DNA of 64,000 nucleotides. Origin: Acidimicrobiia bacterium (lineage in GTDB: Bacteria > Actinomycetota > Acidimicrobiia > Spongiisociales > ZC4RG35). Shown here piece by piece: positions 24,615-34,349 of this stretch. The first letter of the stretch is position 1. Each line of letters starts with the position of its first letter. The notes under the pieces are model-generated. The model did not search any database, was not told the DNA's origin, and saw nothing but the letters and a program-made list of their open reading frames with translations. Made by a program: the position numbers and the translations under genes. Location: NCBI GenBank assembly GCA_036556665.1, contig DATBIX010000046.1, positions 11,199 to 75,198 of the forward strand, written 5' to 3'.

Positions 24615-25825
24615 GGGTTCTCCTCGTCGGAAGCGGCGGACGAGAGCACGCCCTCGGGTGGAAGCTGGCAAGGTCGCCCCGCGTCGACGAATTGATCACC
24701 CTCCCCGGCAACCCTGGGCTCGCCACTCTTGGCCCGGTGGTCGAGGGAATATCTCCCACCGACGTGGGAGCTGTGGCTGCGATGGCCCGTCTCCAGCGGG
24801 TCGACCTGGTGGTGGTGGGACCCGAGGCGCCACTGGCAGCCGGGGTGGTGGACGCCCTCGACGCTCTGGGTGTCCCCGTGTTCGGTCCGTCCCGCTCGGC
24901 GGCACGGCTGGAGTCGTCGAAGGCATTCGCCAAGGAGGTGATGAGCAAGGCCGGCGTCGCCACCGCGGCTTCGGAGTCGTTTCTCGAGCCCGCCGCCGCC
25001 CACGCCCACCTCGAGCGGATCGAACCGCCGTTCGTGGTCAAGGCCGATGGTCTGGCAGCCGGTAAGGGAGTACTGGTCACGGAGTCGAGCAAGGAGGCGA
25101 AAGCCTGGGTGGACCGCTGGCTCCCCACCGGGCCGGTGGTGATCGAGGAGTATCTGGAAGGGCCTGAGGTGAGCGTCTTCGCGGTCTGCACCGAGTACGG
25201 GGCCGCCCCGCTCGAGCCGGCTCGTGACTACAAGCGGCTGCTCGATGCCGACCGCGGGCCCAACACAGGTGGCATGGGCGCCTACTCCCCTGTGACCGAC
25301 CTTCCGGTGGGGTTGGTGGAGGAGACCATGAGCAATGTGATCGAACCGGTGCTGGAGCGAATGGCCGAGGACGGGAGCCCTTTCCGCGGGTTCCTCTACG
25401 CCGGTCTGGTCCTCACCGAGGACGGACCGAAGGTCCTCGAGTTCAACGTCCGGCTCGGTGACCCTGAGACCCAGGCGGTGCTGCCCCGGATGACCACAGA
25501 CCTGATCGACGTCCTGGAAGGATCCAGCCCCGATTGGGCGAGCCTGGCCACCGTGAATGTCGTGCTGGCCGCCGCCGGGTACCCGGATTCACCGGAAGCT
25601 GGGGCCGTGATCGGAAACACCGACTCCATCCCGGAAGACGTCCTGGTGTTCCACGCCGGGACCAGGACCGACGGCAAGCGCCTCCTGGTCGACGGAGGAC
25701 GAGTGCTGAGCGTGGTCGGAACCGGTCGCACCTTGGAGACTGCGAGAGATGCGGCCTACCAGGCGATCGAAGGGGTGCGGTGGCCGGGTGTGCAGTTCCG
25801 AACCGACATCGCCGCTCAGTCGTAG
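24611..25825 (+). CDS. purD: Phosphoribosylamine--glycine ligase
   Basis: MRVLLVGSGGREHALGWKL N-terminus. ATGA overlap with the purA stop. ATP-grasp body. Confidence 0.95.
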   Translation: MRVLLVGSGGREHALGWKLARSPRVDELITLPGNPGLATLGPVVEGISPTDVGAVAAMARLQRVDLVVVGPEAPLAAGVVDALDALGVPVFGPSRSAARLESSKAFAKEVMSKAGVATAASESFLEPAAAHAHLERIEPPFVVKADGLAAGKGVLVTESSKEAKAWVDRWLPTGPVVIEEYLEGPEVSVFAVCTEYGAAPLEPARDYKRLLDADRGPNTGGMGAYSPVTDLPVGLVEETMSNVIEPVLERMAEDGSPFRGFLYAGLVLTEDGPKVLEFNVRLGDPETQAVLPRMTTDLIDVLEGSSPDWASLATVNVVLAAAGYPDSPEAGAVIGNTDSIPEDVLVFHAGTRTDGKRLLVDGGRVLSVVGTGRTLETARDAAYQAIEGVRWPGVQFRTDIAAQS

Positions 25826-26418
25826 GCGTGCCGGAACATGAGGGCGATCCTCGGAGGCGCCGAGGCGACCTTGGGCACGGTGTGCTCCCAGAGCCGCTGA
25901 CAGGCGCCGCCCATGACCACCAGGTCACCCTGGCCCAGGTCGAAGGCCAGCGACTCGCCTCCACCCTTGGGTCTGATGAGAAAGCGTCTCGGCCCACCCA
26001 GCGACACCGTGGCCACGATGGAGTGGTGCCGCTCACGGGCGATGCGGTCGCCGTGCCAGGCGACGGAGTCGGCTCCGGTCCGGTACCAGCCGGCGCTGAG
26101 ACGATCCATCCTGATCCCGTACCGGGACGAGAGGATCTCGACCATCTCCGCCAGCACGGGAGACCAAACGGCATCGACCTGGCCCACCAGACGAGGGGTC
26201 AGGACCTTCCTCTCGTACATCCTGACCTCGGGCTGCTCCCAGGCCACCGATTCTGCGAGCAGGTCATAGAGACGGGAGTCACCGGCCAGCCAGCCCGGGG
26301 CGAAGTCGAGCCACGAGGCGGGGTCGAGGTCGATCCGGGTCAGCTCTGAGAACCCGGCGTCGGGGACCGGTGGGCGATCCCCGAACAGGGACGGTTGGAA
26401 CCCATCGACTGCGAACAT
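25816..26418 (-). CDS. alkB: AlkB-like Fe(II)/2-oxoglutarate-dependent dioxygenase (200 aa)
   Basis: WHGD ... WEHTVPK (HxD...H) motif and an AlkB-type N-terminal nucleotide-recognition region. The 3' end overlaps the purD 3' end by 10 nt (convergent). Confidence 0.8.
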   Translation of the reverse strand: MFAVDGFQPSLFGDRPPVPDAGFSELTRIDLDPASWLDFAPGWLAGDSRLYDLLAESVAWEQPEVRMYERKVLTPRLVGQVDAVWSPVLAEMVEILSSRYGIRMDRLSAGWYRTGADSVAWHGDRIARERHHSIVATVSLGGPRRFLIRPKGGGESLAFDLGQGDLVVMGGACQRLWEHTVPKVASAPPRIALMFRHAYD

Positions 26419-26425
26419 ATGTTCG
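26412..26425. promoter_or_regulatory. Perfect Cheo/LexA-type SOS box CGAAC-N4-GTTCG overlapping the alkB-like start codon
   Basis: CGAACATATGTTCG is a 14-bp perfect palindrome. The alkB ATG (26418->26416) lies inside it. Confidence 0.55.
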
Positions 26426-26431
26426 ATTGTA
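26426..26431 (-). promoter_or_regulatory. -10 hexamer TACAAT, 7 nt upstream of the alkB-like ATG (leaderless-type)
   Basis: The minus strand reads TACAAT-cgaacat-ATG with no SD. Confidence 0.4.
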
Positions 26432-26584
26432 CCAGAGACCGCCAGGAACGCATGGGCCTAGAGGGATCCCGGAAGGTGGTCTAGCCTCGCCCTCGATGAC
26501 ACATCTTTCCCCGTGAGACATTGGGGACGCCGGCGCGACGCGGTCCCCGGGCGGTTTCGTCGGGCTCCGTCGAGGACCTTCGGG

Positions 26585-27031
26585 ATGTTGTCGGCGATGG
26601 CACTGCTGTTGGCATCGTGTGGGGGATTGTCGGAGCAGTCGTTCGAGACCGATTCCGGCTCATGGGTCCTTTTCACACAACCCCGTCTCCTGATGGGTGG
26701 ACGGACGGCCCAGGTGCTCGGGTTCGTCGAGATGGACCACGAAACGGGATGCATCTACCTCCATCAGCCCGAGTTCGAAGTCAGCTACCCCAGTGTCTGG
26801 CCCTCCGGCACGGTTGTCACCGGCAGTGGCCTCCGACTCGGCGATGGCAGGGAGATACCCGCAGGCGAGTGGGTCTCCGGAGGCGGGGGTTACGCCGATG
26901 TCGACGAGCTGGAGGGTGGGGAGAGCTCCGATCAGGCACGCGTGCTCGAGCGCTGTCCGGGTGTCAACAACCAGTACGGAGAGGTTGCCGAGTTCGATTC
27001 ACCGGCAAGCGAGATCCAGATCGGCGAGTAA
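26585..27031 (+). CDS. Hypothetical lipoprotein (148 aa)
   Basis: Trimmed to ATG 26585 (MLSAMALLLASCGG...), which has a lipobox L-A-S-C. Confidence 0.5.
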   Translation: MLSAMALLLASCGGLSEQSFETDSGSWVLFTQPRLLMGGRTAQVLGFVEMDHETGCIYLHQPEFEVSYPSVWPSGTVVTGSGLRLGDGREIPAGEWVSGGGGYADVDELEGGESSDQARVLERCPGVNNQYGEVAEFDSPASEIQIGE

Positions 27032-27118
27032 CACAAACCTGTCAACGCGCCAACAGTCGCCTCCCATGCAAGACAGCCTCCACGTTCATCCGCCGGACGG
27101 GCCACGCACGCGAACGGT

Positions 27119-27124
27119 TACCGT
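27119..27124 (+). promoter_or_regulatory. -10-like hexamer TACCGT, 6 nt upstream of the purE ATG (leaderless-type)
   Basis: TACCGT-cacgac-ATG with no SD. Confidence 0.35.
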
Positions 27125-27130
27125 CACGAC

Positions 27131-27595
27131 ATGGCTCACAGAGTTGCGATAGTCATGGGCTCCGGCTCGGACCGCCCGGTGATGGAGAAGGCAGCCGAGA
27201 CTCTGGCCTCGTTCGGCATCGAATCCGAGGTGAAGGTCCTCTCGGCGCACAAGACACCAGATCAGGCCATCGAGTTCGCCGCCACCGCCGCCGACCGAGG
27301 TTTCTCGGTGATCATTGCCGGCGCCGGCAAGGCGGCGCATCTGGCCGGGGTGATGGCGGCCAAGTCGCTCCTGCCTGTGATCGGGGTCCCGATCAACGCC
27401 TCACTCGACGGTCTCGACTCGCTACTGGCCACAGTTCAGATGCCCACCGGGATCCCGGTGGCCACCGTTGCCATCGACGGTGCAGCCAACGCCGCTCTGC
27501 TCGCGGTGGCGATCCTCGCCATAGGTGACGATGATCTCCGGTCGAGGTTGGCCGTGTATCGGGCCGATCTCGCCGAGAAGACCCTGGCCGGCTGA
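27131..27595 (+). CDS. purE: N5-carboxyaminoimidazole ribonucleotide mutase (class I PurE)
   Basis: VAIVMGSGSDRPVM ... AGAGKAAHLAGVMAA ... PVIGVPI motifs. Confidence 0.95.
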   Translation: MAHRVAIVMGSGSDRPVMEKAAETLASFGIESEVKVLSAHKTPDQAIEFAATAADRGFSVIIAGAGKAAHLAGVMAAKSLLPVIGVPINASLDGLDSLLATVQMPTGIPVATVAIDGAANAALLAVAILAIGDDDLRSRLAVYRADLAEKTLAG

Positions 27596-27615
27596 GGGGA
27601 TACCATTCTCCCGAC

Positions 27616-28800
27616 ATGAGCGACATCTCCTTCGAGAAGCCCGACCCCAAGGACTTCCTCGACATCGACTCGCTTCTCTCCGAAGAGGAGGTCCTGCTGC
27701 GCGACACCGTGCGGGAATACGTGCAGAAGGAGATCGTGCCCAACGTGGGCGACTGGTGGGACGAGGGGTCGCTCCCCCAGGAGGCCCTGGCCAAGGCGTT
27801 CGGTGACATCGGCCTGCTCGGGATGCACCTCGAGGGCTATGGATGCGCCGGCACCTCGGCCACCGCCTATGGGCTGGCCTGCCTCGAGCTGGAGGCGGGC
27901 GACTCGGGGATCCGGTCCTTCGTCTCGGTCCAGGGATCTCTGGCGATGTTCCCGATCTGGAAGTACGGGTCGGAGGAGCAGAAGCAGACCTGGCTCCCCC
28001 GGATGGCCACAGGCGAAGTGATCGGGTGCTTTGGCCTCACCGAGCCCGACTCGGGGTCCGACCCCGCCTCGATGCGCACCAACGCTCGCAGGGACGGCAC
28101 CGACTGGATCGTCAACGGCACCAAGATGTGGATCACCAACGGCTCCATCGCCCACCTGGCCGTGGTGTGGGCTCGCACCGACGACGGGATCCGCGGGTTC
28201 CTCATCCCCACCGACAGCCCCGGCTTCTCGGCGCCCGAGATCAAGAAGAAGGTGTCCTTGCGCGCTTCGGTGACGTCGGAGCTGATCCTCGACGACGTGC
28301 GCGTTCCCGATGACTTCGTCCTCCCCGGGGTGTCCTCGATGAGGGGGCCCCTCTCATGTCTCAACGAGGCCAGATTCGGGATCGCCTTCGGGGCCATGGG
28401 TGCGGCGCGGGCCTGTTACGAGGCTGCGCTCGACTACGCCATCACCCGTCATCAATTCGACCGGCCGATCGCCTCGTTCCAGCTGACCCAGAGAAAGCTC
28501 GTCGAGATGATGGTGGCTGTGCAGCGAGGCACCCTCGTCGCCCTCCATCTCGGACGACGCAAGGACGCCGGAAAGCTCGCTCCGGAGCAGGTCAGCTTTG
28601 GCAAGTACGACAACGTCCGCAACGCGATCGAGGTGGCCCGCACGGCACGATCGATCCTCGGAGCCAACGGGATCACCCTGGAGTACCCGGTGATCCGCCA
28701 TATGAACAACCTCGAATCGGTGTTCACCTACGAGGGGACCAACGAGATCCACACCCTCGTGATGGGCCAGGCGATCACCGGCATCAACGCCTTCAGCTAA
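27616..28800 (+). CDS. Acyl-CoA dehydrogenase, glutaryl-CoA-dehydrogenase-like
   Basis: GCFGLTEPDSGSDP, WITNG and YEGTNEIHTLV motifs. 394 aa. Confidence 0.85.
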   Translation: MSDISFEKPDPKDFLDIDSLLSEEEVLLRDTVREYVQKEIVPNVGDWWDEGSLPQEALAKAFGDIGLLGMHLEGYGCAGTSATAYGLACLELEAGDSGIRSFVSVQGSLAMFPIWKYGSEEQKQTWLPRMATGEVIGCFGLTEPDSGSDPASMRTNARRDGTDWIVNGTKMWITNGSIAHLAVVWARTDDGIRGFLIPTDSPGFSAPEIKKKVSLRASVTSELILDDVRVPDDFVLPGVSSMRGPLSCLNEARFGIAFGAMGAARACYEAALDYAITRHQFDRPIASFQLTQRKLVEMMVAVQRGTLVALHLGRRKDAGKLAPEQVSFGKYDNVRNAIEVARTARSILGANGITLEYPVIRHMNNLESVFTYEGTNEIHTLVMGQAITGINAFS

Positions 28801-29972
28801 ACGAGACGGGCCGCCAGGTCGCCGTTGGCTGCGACCCGCACCTCGCTCAGACCCAGCCAGGATGCGACCTCCTCCAGCTCGGCGCGCAGCTCGCGGCCGA
28901 CTCGAGCCCCGTCGACGCCAGGCTCGGCAAAGGCTCCTCTGACCAGCAGCGCCCCGGCCTTGCGGTCGGTCTTCAAGTCGACTCGTGCCACCAGGGCGCC
29001 GTCGAGGAGGAATGGGAGCACGTAGTACCCGTGCACGCGTTTCGGTTCGGGGACGTAGATCTCGATCCGGTAGAAGAAGTCCCAGAGCCGTTCCACCCTG
29101 TCCCGGTACCAGATCAGGTTGTCGAACGGGGAGAGCAGGGCCCGTCCCTCGACCCGTCGCGGCAATGTCGCCTCCGGGTGCAGGTAGGCAACGCGGTCCC
29201 ACCCTGGAATCTCCACCTCGATCAACTCACCCCGTGAGGCCAGTCTCTCGATCAGCGGGCGCGCCTGCGGCATCCGGATACGGAAGTAATCGGCCAGGTC
29301 CTCTGCTGTGGCGATGCCGAGAGCCCGGGCCGAGCGTCTCAACAGCTCGCTCTGGGCCTCCGCCGGTTCGGGGATCGGGGCGCCGAGATGCTCCGCGGCG
29401 ATCACCCGTTCTGCCACGTCGTACATGCGGACGAAGTTGGGCCGGGCAGCCGCCGCCACCTTGCCCTGGACGAACAGCATCTCCAGGGCGATCTTCCCGT
29501 TGGACCAGTCCCACATCCCGTTCGAGCCACGTTTCCCCGGATCGTCGAGGTCGCTTGTCTGCAGTGGACCGCGTCCATACACCTGGTCGAGCACACTGTC
29601 TAGGTACCCCGGCTCATCGGCGAGCAGCTGCTCGGCGGGACTCCAGATCCAGCCCCGGTCCATCCGCCACCGGAACATCGGGTAGAGGTCGATGGGGAGG
29701 ACAGAGGCCATGTGGCCCCAATACTCGAACACCTCGCCAGAGCCCCACAGCCAGCTGTCCAGAGCGCCCCGCTCGTATGCGCCGAGTCGCGAGAAGAACG
29801 GGAGATAGTGAGTGCGGCTGAAGACGTTGACCGAGTCGAGCTGCACCACCCCGACCCTGGCTATCACCCGGCGAAAGTGACGCACGTCGACCCGGCCCGA
29901 GGGTCGGGCGGTGCCGAGACCCTGTGCGGCCAGGGCATAGCGACGTGCCTGAGCGATGGTGACGCGACGCAT
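28797..29972 (-). CDS. YcaQ/AlkZ-like winged-helix DNA glycosylase family protein (391 aa)
   Basis: The N-terminal region (ARRYALAAQGL...VVQLDSVNVFSRTHYLPFFSRLG...FEYWGHMAS) is collinear with E. coli YcaQ as I remember it. Confidence 0.75.
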   Translation of the reverse strand: MRRVTIAQARRYALAAQGLGTARPSGRVDVRHFRRVIARVGVVQLDSVNVFSRTHYLPFFSRLGAYERGALDSWLWGSGEVFEYWGHMASVLPIDLYPMFRWRMDRGWIWSPAEQLLADEPGYLDSVLDQVYGRGPLQTSDLDDPGKRGSNGMWDWSNGKIALEMLFVQGKVAAAARPNFVRMYDVAERVIAAEHLGAPIPEPAEAQSELLRRSARALGIATAEDLADYFRIRMPQARPLIERLASRGELIEVEIPGWDRVAYLHPEATLPRRVEGRALLSPFDNLIWYRDRVERLWDFFYRIEIYVPEPKRVHGYYVLPFLLDGALVARVDLKTDRKAGALLVRGAFAEPGVDGARVGRELRAELEEVASWLGLSEVRVAANGDLAARLV

Positions 29973-30036
29973 CGGAGGGCAACCTAACGGTGATGGCGGA
30001 CATATCGGGTCCTGGTCCGTGCCATCATCTTCCGTC

Positions 30037-31332
30037 GTGATCGAGCGCTACACCCTCCCCGAGATGGGCCGGATCTGGTCCGATCAGCGCAGGCTGGAGG
30101 TGTGGAAAGATGTCGAGACCCTGGCGCTCGAGGCGTGGCAACGCCTCGGGCGCGTCCCAGGGGGGGTAGCCGAGGCGGTTAGCGCCGCGGACTGCCCGAC
30201 CCCGGAGCAGGTGCGGGTGCGGGAGGAGGTCACCAATCACGATCTCGCTGCCTTCGTCGACCTGCTCGGCGAGGCCGCTCCGGCGGCTGCAGGCTGGGTG
30301 CACTATGGGCTGACCTCGTCCGACGTGCTCGACACGGCCAGCGGGGTGGCCCTGGCAGAGTCATCGTCGCTATTGCTCGACTGCCTCCATGCCCTGTTCG
30401 AGGTGGTGAGAGGACAGGCGCTGGAGCACGAGCACAGCTACATGATCGGCCGCACCCACGGGATCTGGGCCGAGCCGACCTCGTTCGGCTTCAAGCTCGC
30501 GGGCTGGGCCTTCGAGGTGGCCCGCGATCACTCCCGCATCGACAGAGCGCGTCGGGCTGTGGCCGTGGGAAAGATCTCAGGGGCTGTCGGCACCTACGCC
30601 CACCTCCCGCCCGAGATCGAGCGTCACGTGTGTGAGGCCCTCGGGCTTGGAATCGAGCCGGCCTCCACCCAGGTGGTGGCAAGGGATCGGCACGCCGAGT
30701 ACCTACAGGCGATCGCATTGACCGGCGCCACCGTGGAACGAATGGCAACGGAGATCCGGCATCTGCAGAGATCGGAGGTGGGTGAGGTCATGGAGCCATT
30801 CTCCGCCGGCCAGAAGGGCTCGTCGGCGATGCCACACAAGCGGAACCCGATCCTCTCCGAGCGTCTCACCGGGATGGCCCGCCTGTTGCGCGGTTACGCC
30901 CAGGTCGGGCTCGACAACGTGGCCCTGTGGCACGAGCGTGACATCTCACACTCCTCGGCCGAGCGCGTGGTCCTGCCCGACGCCTCGATCGTGCTCCACT
31001 ACATGCTGGTCAAGCTCACCGGCCTCATCGAGCGCCTCGTGGTGGACACCAGCCGGATGAGGGCCAACCTGGAGGCGACCCGGGGGCTCGTCTTCAGCCA
31101 GTCGGCCCTGCTCGCCCTGGTCGATTCGGGCATGAGCCGCGACCAGGCATACCGGATCGTGCAGCGCAACTCGATGACAGCATGGGACAGTGGCCGGAGT
31201 CTGCGTGACCTGCTCGCCGAGGACCCCGAAGCCGGGCTGAGCGGGGAGATGCTCGAAGCCTGCTTCTCGCTGGAGCGGGTCCACGACTCGGCCCACGTCG
31301 TATTCGAGCGACTCCGATCCCTCGAGCTCTGA
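30037..31332 (+). CDS. purB: Adenylosuccinate lyase (431 aa)
   Basis: GTG start at 30037 ([14 protein letters not shown]...). [11 protein letters not shown] signature. Confidence 0.95.
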   Translation: MIERYTLPEMGRIWSDQRRLEVWKDVETLALEAWQRLGRVPGGVAEAVSAADCPTPEQVRVREEVTNHDLAAFVDLLGEAAPAAAGWVHYGLTSSDVLDTASGVALAESSSLLLDCLHALFEVVRGQALEHEHSYMIGRTHGIWAEPTSFGFKLAGWAFEVARDHSRIDRARRAVAVGKISGAVGTYAHLPPEIERHVCEALGLGIEPASTQVVARDRHAEYLQAIALTGATVERMATEIRHLQRSEVGEVMEPFSAGQKGSSAMPHKRNPILSERLTGMARLLRGYAQVGLDNVALWHERDISHSSAERVVLPDASIVLHYMLVKLTGLIERLVVDTSRMRANLEATRGLVFSQSALLALVDSGMSRDQAYRIVQRNSMTAWDSGRSLRDLLAEDPEAGLSGEMLEACFSLERVHDSAHVVFERLRSLEL

Positions 31333-31342
31333 CGACGTTTGC

Positions 31343-31750
31343 TCAGCCTCCCGGCGTGATGTGCACCGTCCCCGTGAACAGACCGACCTTGCGCCCGTCC
31401 TGCCTGGTCACATCGACCCGATAGGTGCCGAGTGTCCTCCCCCGGGACGCCTCGGTGACCGTGGCGCGCAGCCGGTCGCCAAGCCGGGCCGGAGCGGTGA
31501 GAACGAGATGAGTGTCGATGGCGACCGCCCTCTCCCCGGCCGCGTTCGACGCCAGCGAGAAGGCACAGTCGGCCAACGAGAAGACCATGCCCCCGTGGCC
31601 GACCTCGAGGAAATTGAGATGCTCCGGTTTCACCTCCATCTCTATGGCGATCTCGTCGTCGGTCACAGAGAGGAGCTCGATCCCGATCAGACGGGCATAT
31701 CGATCGTCATGCAGCATCGCCTCGACGGTCGAGGCAGAGAAGCCGGGCAC
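31343..31750 (-). CDS. PaaI-family hotdog-fold thioesterase
   Basis: VGHGGMVFSLADCAFSLA motif. 135 aa. Confidence 0.8.
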   Translation of the reverse strand: MPGFSASTVEAMLHDDRYARLIGIELLSVTDDEIAIEMEVKPEHLNFLEVGHGGMVFSLADCAFSLASNAAGERAVAIDTHLVLTAPARLGDRLRATVTEASRGRTLGTYRVDVTRQDGRKVGLFTGTVHITPGG

Positions 31751-31796
31751 GCGGCGAGGTTAGGGGCGGGGACGGAGCGCCTGATGGCCCTCGGGG

Positions 31797-32492
31797 TCAG
31801 AAGCCCTTGGGCATCCCCATCCCGATCGGCGCAGGCATCGTCTCGAGCTTGGTGTTGTCGACCTCGTACTCCAGGTGATTCGCCACCGACGCCACCCCGT
31901 CCACCCTCTCGGTCAGCTTGGCCAGCAGCTCGGCGTCGCTCCGGGTGTCGAGACGCCCGCGCAAGGTGACATTGCCGTCCCGGCAGGCCACCGCCACTCG
32001 TTGTGGGTCGATCCAGAGCACGTCGCCCATCAAGTGACCGACGATCTCGGAGATGATCTCCCCATCAGGACGGGCAAACGCCCGGATGATGTCCGAACGG
32101 CTCACCAGCCCGACCAGACGCCCCTCTTCGACCACCGGAATCCTCTTCACCCTCGCCCGTTCCATCAGGCGAGCCGCCTCAGCATGGTCGGCCTCTGGGC
32201 TGAGCACGATCAGGTCGGTGCTCATCACATCACGGATCACCCGCGCCTCGGAGGGGATCTCAGACTCCTTGTAGATGAAGCGGAGAAGCCCGGCCCGTCT
32301 CTTACGACGGCGATCGGCCTCGGTCGCAACGAAGTCTGCCTCGGTGATGATGCCGACCAGCCGATCGTCGTCCCCTTCGGTCACGGGGAGACCACTGACT
32401 CCCGCCTCGATCATCCGGCGCGCCGCCTCCTTGAGCGAGGCATCAGGGCCGATCGTGATCACATCGCGGGTCATGAGATCTCTGAGCTTCAT
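31797..32492 (-). CDS. CBS-pair protein with C-terminal BON domain
   Basis: Two CBS pairs (LMTRDVITIGPD..., VMSTDLIVLSPE...). The C-terminal VTLRGRLDTRSDAELLAKLTERVDGVASV segment is BON-like. AAGGAG lies upstream of the ATG. Confidence 0.8.
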   Translation of the reverse strand: MKLRDLMTRDVITIGPDASLKEAARRMIEAGVSGLPVTEGDDDRLVGIITEADFVATEADRRRKRRAGLLRFIYKESEIPSEARVIRDVMSTDLIVLSPEADHAEAARLMERARVKRIPVVEEGRLVGLVSRSDIIRAFARPDGEIISEIVGHLMGDVLWIDPQRVAVACRDGNVTLRGRLDTRSDAELLAKLTERVDGVASVANHLEYEVDNTKLETMPAPIGMGMPKGF

Positions 32493-32587
32493 GTTCGGCT
32501 CCTTTCTCGATACCGAGTCAACGACGGCGCACCCGGGCCGGATAGGGCAGAAGGACCCATAGACGCGGGCGGCTACCCTCCCGCCCG

Positions 32588-33469
32588 GTGCCGGAGCTAC
32601 CTCACATCGGATCGGGCAAGGTCAGGGAGATCTATGAGATCGACGAGCACCGTCTTCTCTTCGTGGCCACCGACAGGATCTCTGCCTACGACGTGATCCT
32701 CAATCAGGTGATACCCGACAAGGGCCGGGTGCTCACCGGGGTCAGCCTCCATTTCTTCGATTACCTGGACACCCCCAACCATCTCATCACTACCGACCTC
32801 GATGGGGTGCCCGGGCTGACGGACAGGGAGCTGGCTGAGTTACGCGGCCGGGCGATGGTCGTGCGACGGGCAGAGGTGATCCCGGTGGAATGTGTCGTGA
32901 GGGGGTATCTGTACGGGTCGTCCTGGCGGGAATACCGCGAGGGTGGTGGACCGACCACCGAGCATCTTCCGTCAGGCCTCGCCCTGGCCGACCGCCTCCC
33001 CGAGCCGATCTTCACGCCGGCCACCAAGGAGAGCAGCGGGCATGACGAGAACATCACCGAGTCGCAGACCAGGGAGTTGCTCGGCGACCAGCTCTTCGAC
33101 GAGCTGCGCAAACGGTCGATCGACATCTATCTGCGTGCCTCGGAGTATGCCGCCACGAAAGGGGTGATCCTCGCCGACACCAAGTTCGAATTCGGGTTCT
33201 CCGATGGGGACTTGCTTCTCATCGACGAGGTCTTGACACCAGATTCGTCGCGCTACTGGCCGGCCGACGCCTGGGTCCCGGGACAGGACGTGCCCTCCTT
33301 CGACAAGCAGTACGTGAGGGACTGGCTCGACGGCACCGGCTGGGACCGCACCCCACCTCCCCCGGACCTTCCCCCCGAGGTCGTCGATGGCACCAGGTCC
33401 CGATACATCGAGGCCTACGATCGAATCACCGGAAGGAGATTCGCCGACTACACGGCCGGGACCACATGA
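32588..33469 (+). CDS. purC: SAICAR synthetase
   Basis: GSGKVREIYEID...LLFVATDRISAYDVIL motifs. GTG start. Confidence 0.95.
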   Translation: MPELPHIGSGKVREIYEIDEHRLLFVATDRISAYDVILNQVIPDKGRVLTGVSLHFFDYLDTPNHLITTDLDGVPGLTDRELAELRGRAMVVRRAEVIPVECVVRGYLYGSSWREYREGGGPTTEHLPSGLALADRLPEPIFTPATKESSGHDENITESQTRELLGDQLFDELRKRSIDIYLRASEYAATKGVILADTKFEFGFSDGDLLLIDEVLTPDSSRYWPADAWVPGQDVPSFDKQYVRDWLDGTGWDRTPPPPDLPPEVVDGTRSRYIEAYDRITGRRFADYTAGTT

Positions 33470-33708
33470 GAGTGACGGTGGAGATCACCCGACGACCCGA
33501 GATCGCCGATCCGCAGGGCACCACCATCGAGCGCGCCCTTCATGATCTCGGCCACGATGAGGTGAGATCGGTTCGGGTGGATCGCGTCTTCCATCTCGAA
33601 GTCGCCGGCGACGATCCGGAGACCGTCAAGTCCAGGGTGGAGGAGATGTGCCGCCAGGTGCTGGCCAATCCCGTTCTCGAGGACTTCACGGTGGAGGTGG
33701 GGCGATGA
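33466..33708 (+). CDS. purS: FGAM synthase subunit PurS
   Basis: 80 aa with a DPQGTTIERAL motif. 4-nt overlaps with both purC and purQ. Confidence 0.9.
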   Translation: MRVTVEITRRPEIADPQGTTIERALHDLGHDEVRSVRVDRVFHLEVAGDDPETVKSRVEEMCRQVLANPVLEDFTVEVGR

Positions 33709-34349
33709 GGGTCGCCGTCGTCGTGTTCCCGGGGACCAACTGCGAGCTCGACGTGGCCCACGCCTTGCGCTCACTCGGGGGGGAAGCCGAGCTGGTCTGG
33801 CACAGAGAGACCGATCTGGCCGGCTTCGACGGCGTGGTCCTGCCCGGAGGGTTCGCCCACGGTGACTATCTGCGGACCGGGGCCATCGCCCGATTCTCCC
33901 CGGTGATGGGAGAGGTCATGCGCATGGCCGAGGAGGGGCGACCGGTGCTGGGGATATGCAACGGATTCCAGATCCTCTGTGAGTCGGGGCTGCTGCCCGG
34001 CGCCCTCATCGCCAACCGAGACCTTGCCTTCATCTGCCGGTTTGTCGAGCTCGAGGTGGTGGACACCGGCACCGTTCTCACAGGTGCCGCCGAAGTGGGC
34101 CAGCGAATCAAGATCCCGCTCAACTCCTACGAGGGCAACTGGGTCGATCCGACCCAGAGCGGCCGGATCGCACTCCGCTACGTCGACGACCCCAACGGCT
34201 CGCAAGGCTCGGCCGCCGCCGTCGCCAACGACCTCGGCAACGTGGTCGGGATCATGCCCCACCCGGAGCGTGGCACGGACGAGTTGCTCGGCTCGGTCGA
34301 CGGCAGGATCCTGTTGGAAGGGTTCCTCCGCTCCCTGGTCCCGGCGTGA
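33705..34349 (+). CDS. purQ: FGAM synthase glutamine amidotransferase subunit PurQ
   Basis: ATG 33705 ([14 protein letters not shown]...). Nucleophile motif GICNGFQ. PHPER near the C-terminus. Confidence 0.95.
   Translation: MRVAVVVFPGTNCELDVAHALRSLGGEAELVWHRETDLAGFDGVVLPGGFAHGDYLRTGAIARFSPVMGEVMRMAEEGRPVLGICNGFQILCESGLLPGALIANRDLAFICRFVELEVVDTGTVLTGAAEVGQRIKIPLNSYEGNWVDPTQSGRIALRYVDDPNGSQGSAAAVANDLGNVVGIMPHPERGTDELLGSVDGRILLEGFLRSLVPA

Noticed and set aside
27032-27130. I looked for a ZTP (pfl) or purine riboswitch upstream of purE, and likewise upstream of purC (32493..32587), purA, purB and purF.
   Set aside because: I found no GGGTCGTGACTGGCG...CCGCCTGGGCA-type ZTP core and no purine-riboswitch three-way junction. 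The leaders are too short (0-100 nt), and several of these genes look leaderless. The 7-bp hairpin CGGGCGG/CCGCCCG (32566-32587) abutting the purC GTG is noted but is unremarkable in this GC content.
14740-29972. Three different DNA-alkylation repair families within 15 kb (AlkD-like 14740, AlkB-like 25816, YcaQ/AlkZ-like 28797), considered as a possible repair island or system.
   Set aside because: They are in separate transcription units on different strands, separated by unrelated housekeeping genes. They share no visible regulatory motif, since only alkB has the LexA-type box. Co-location is more likely coincidental.
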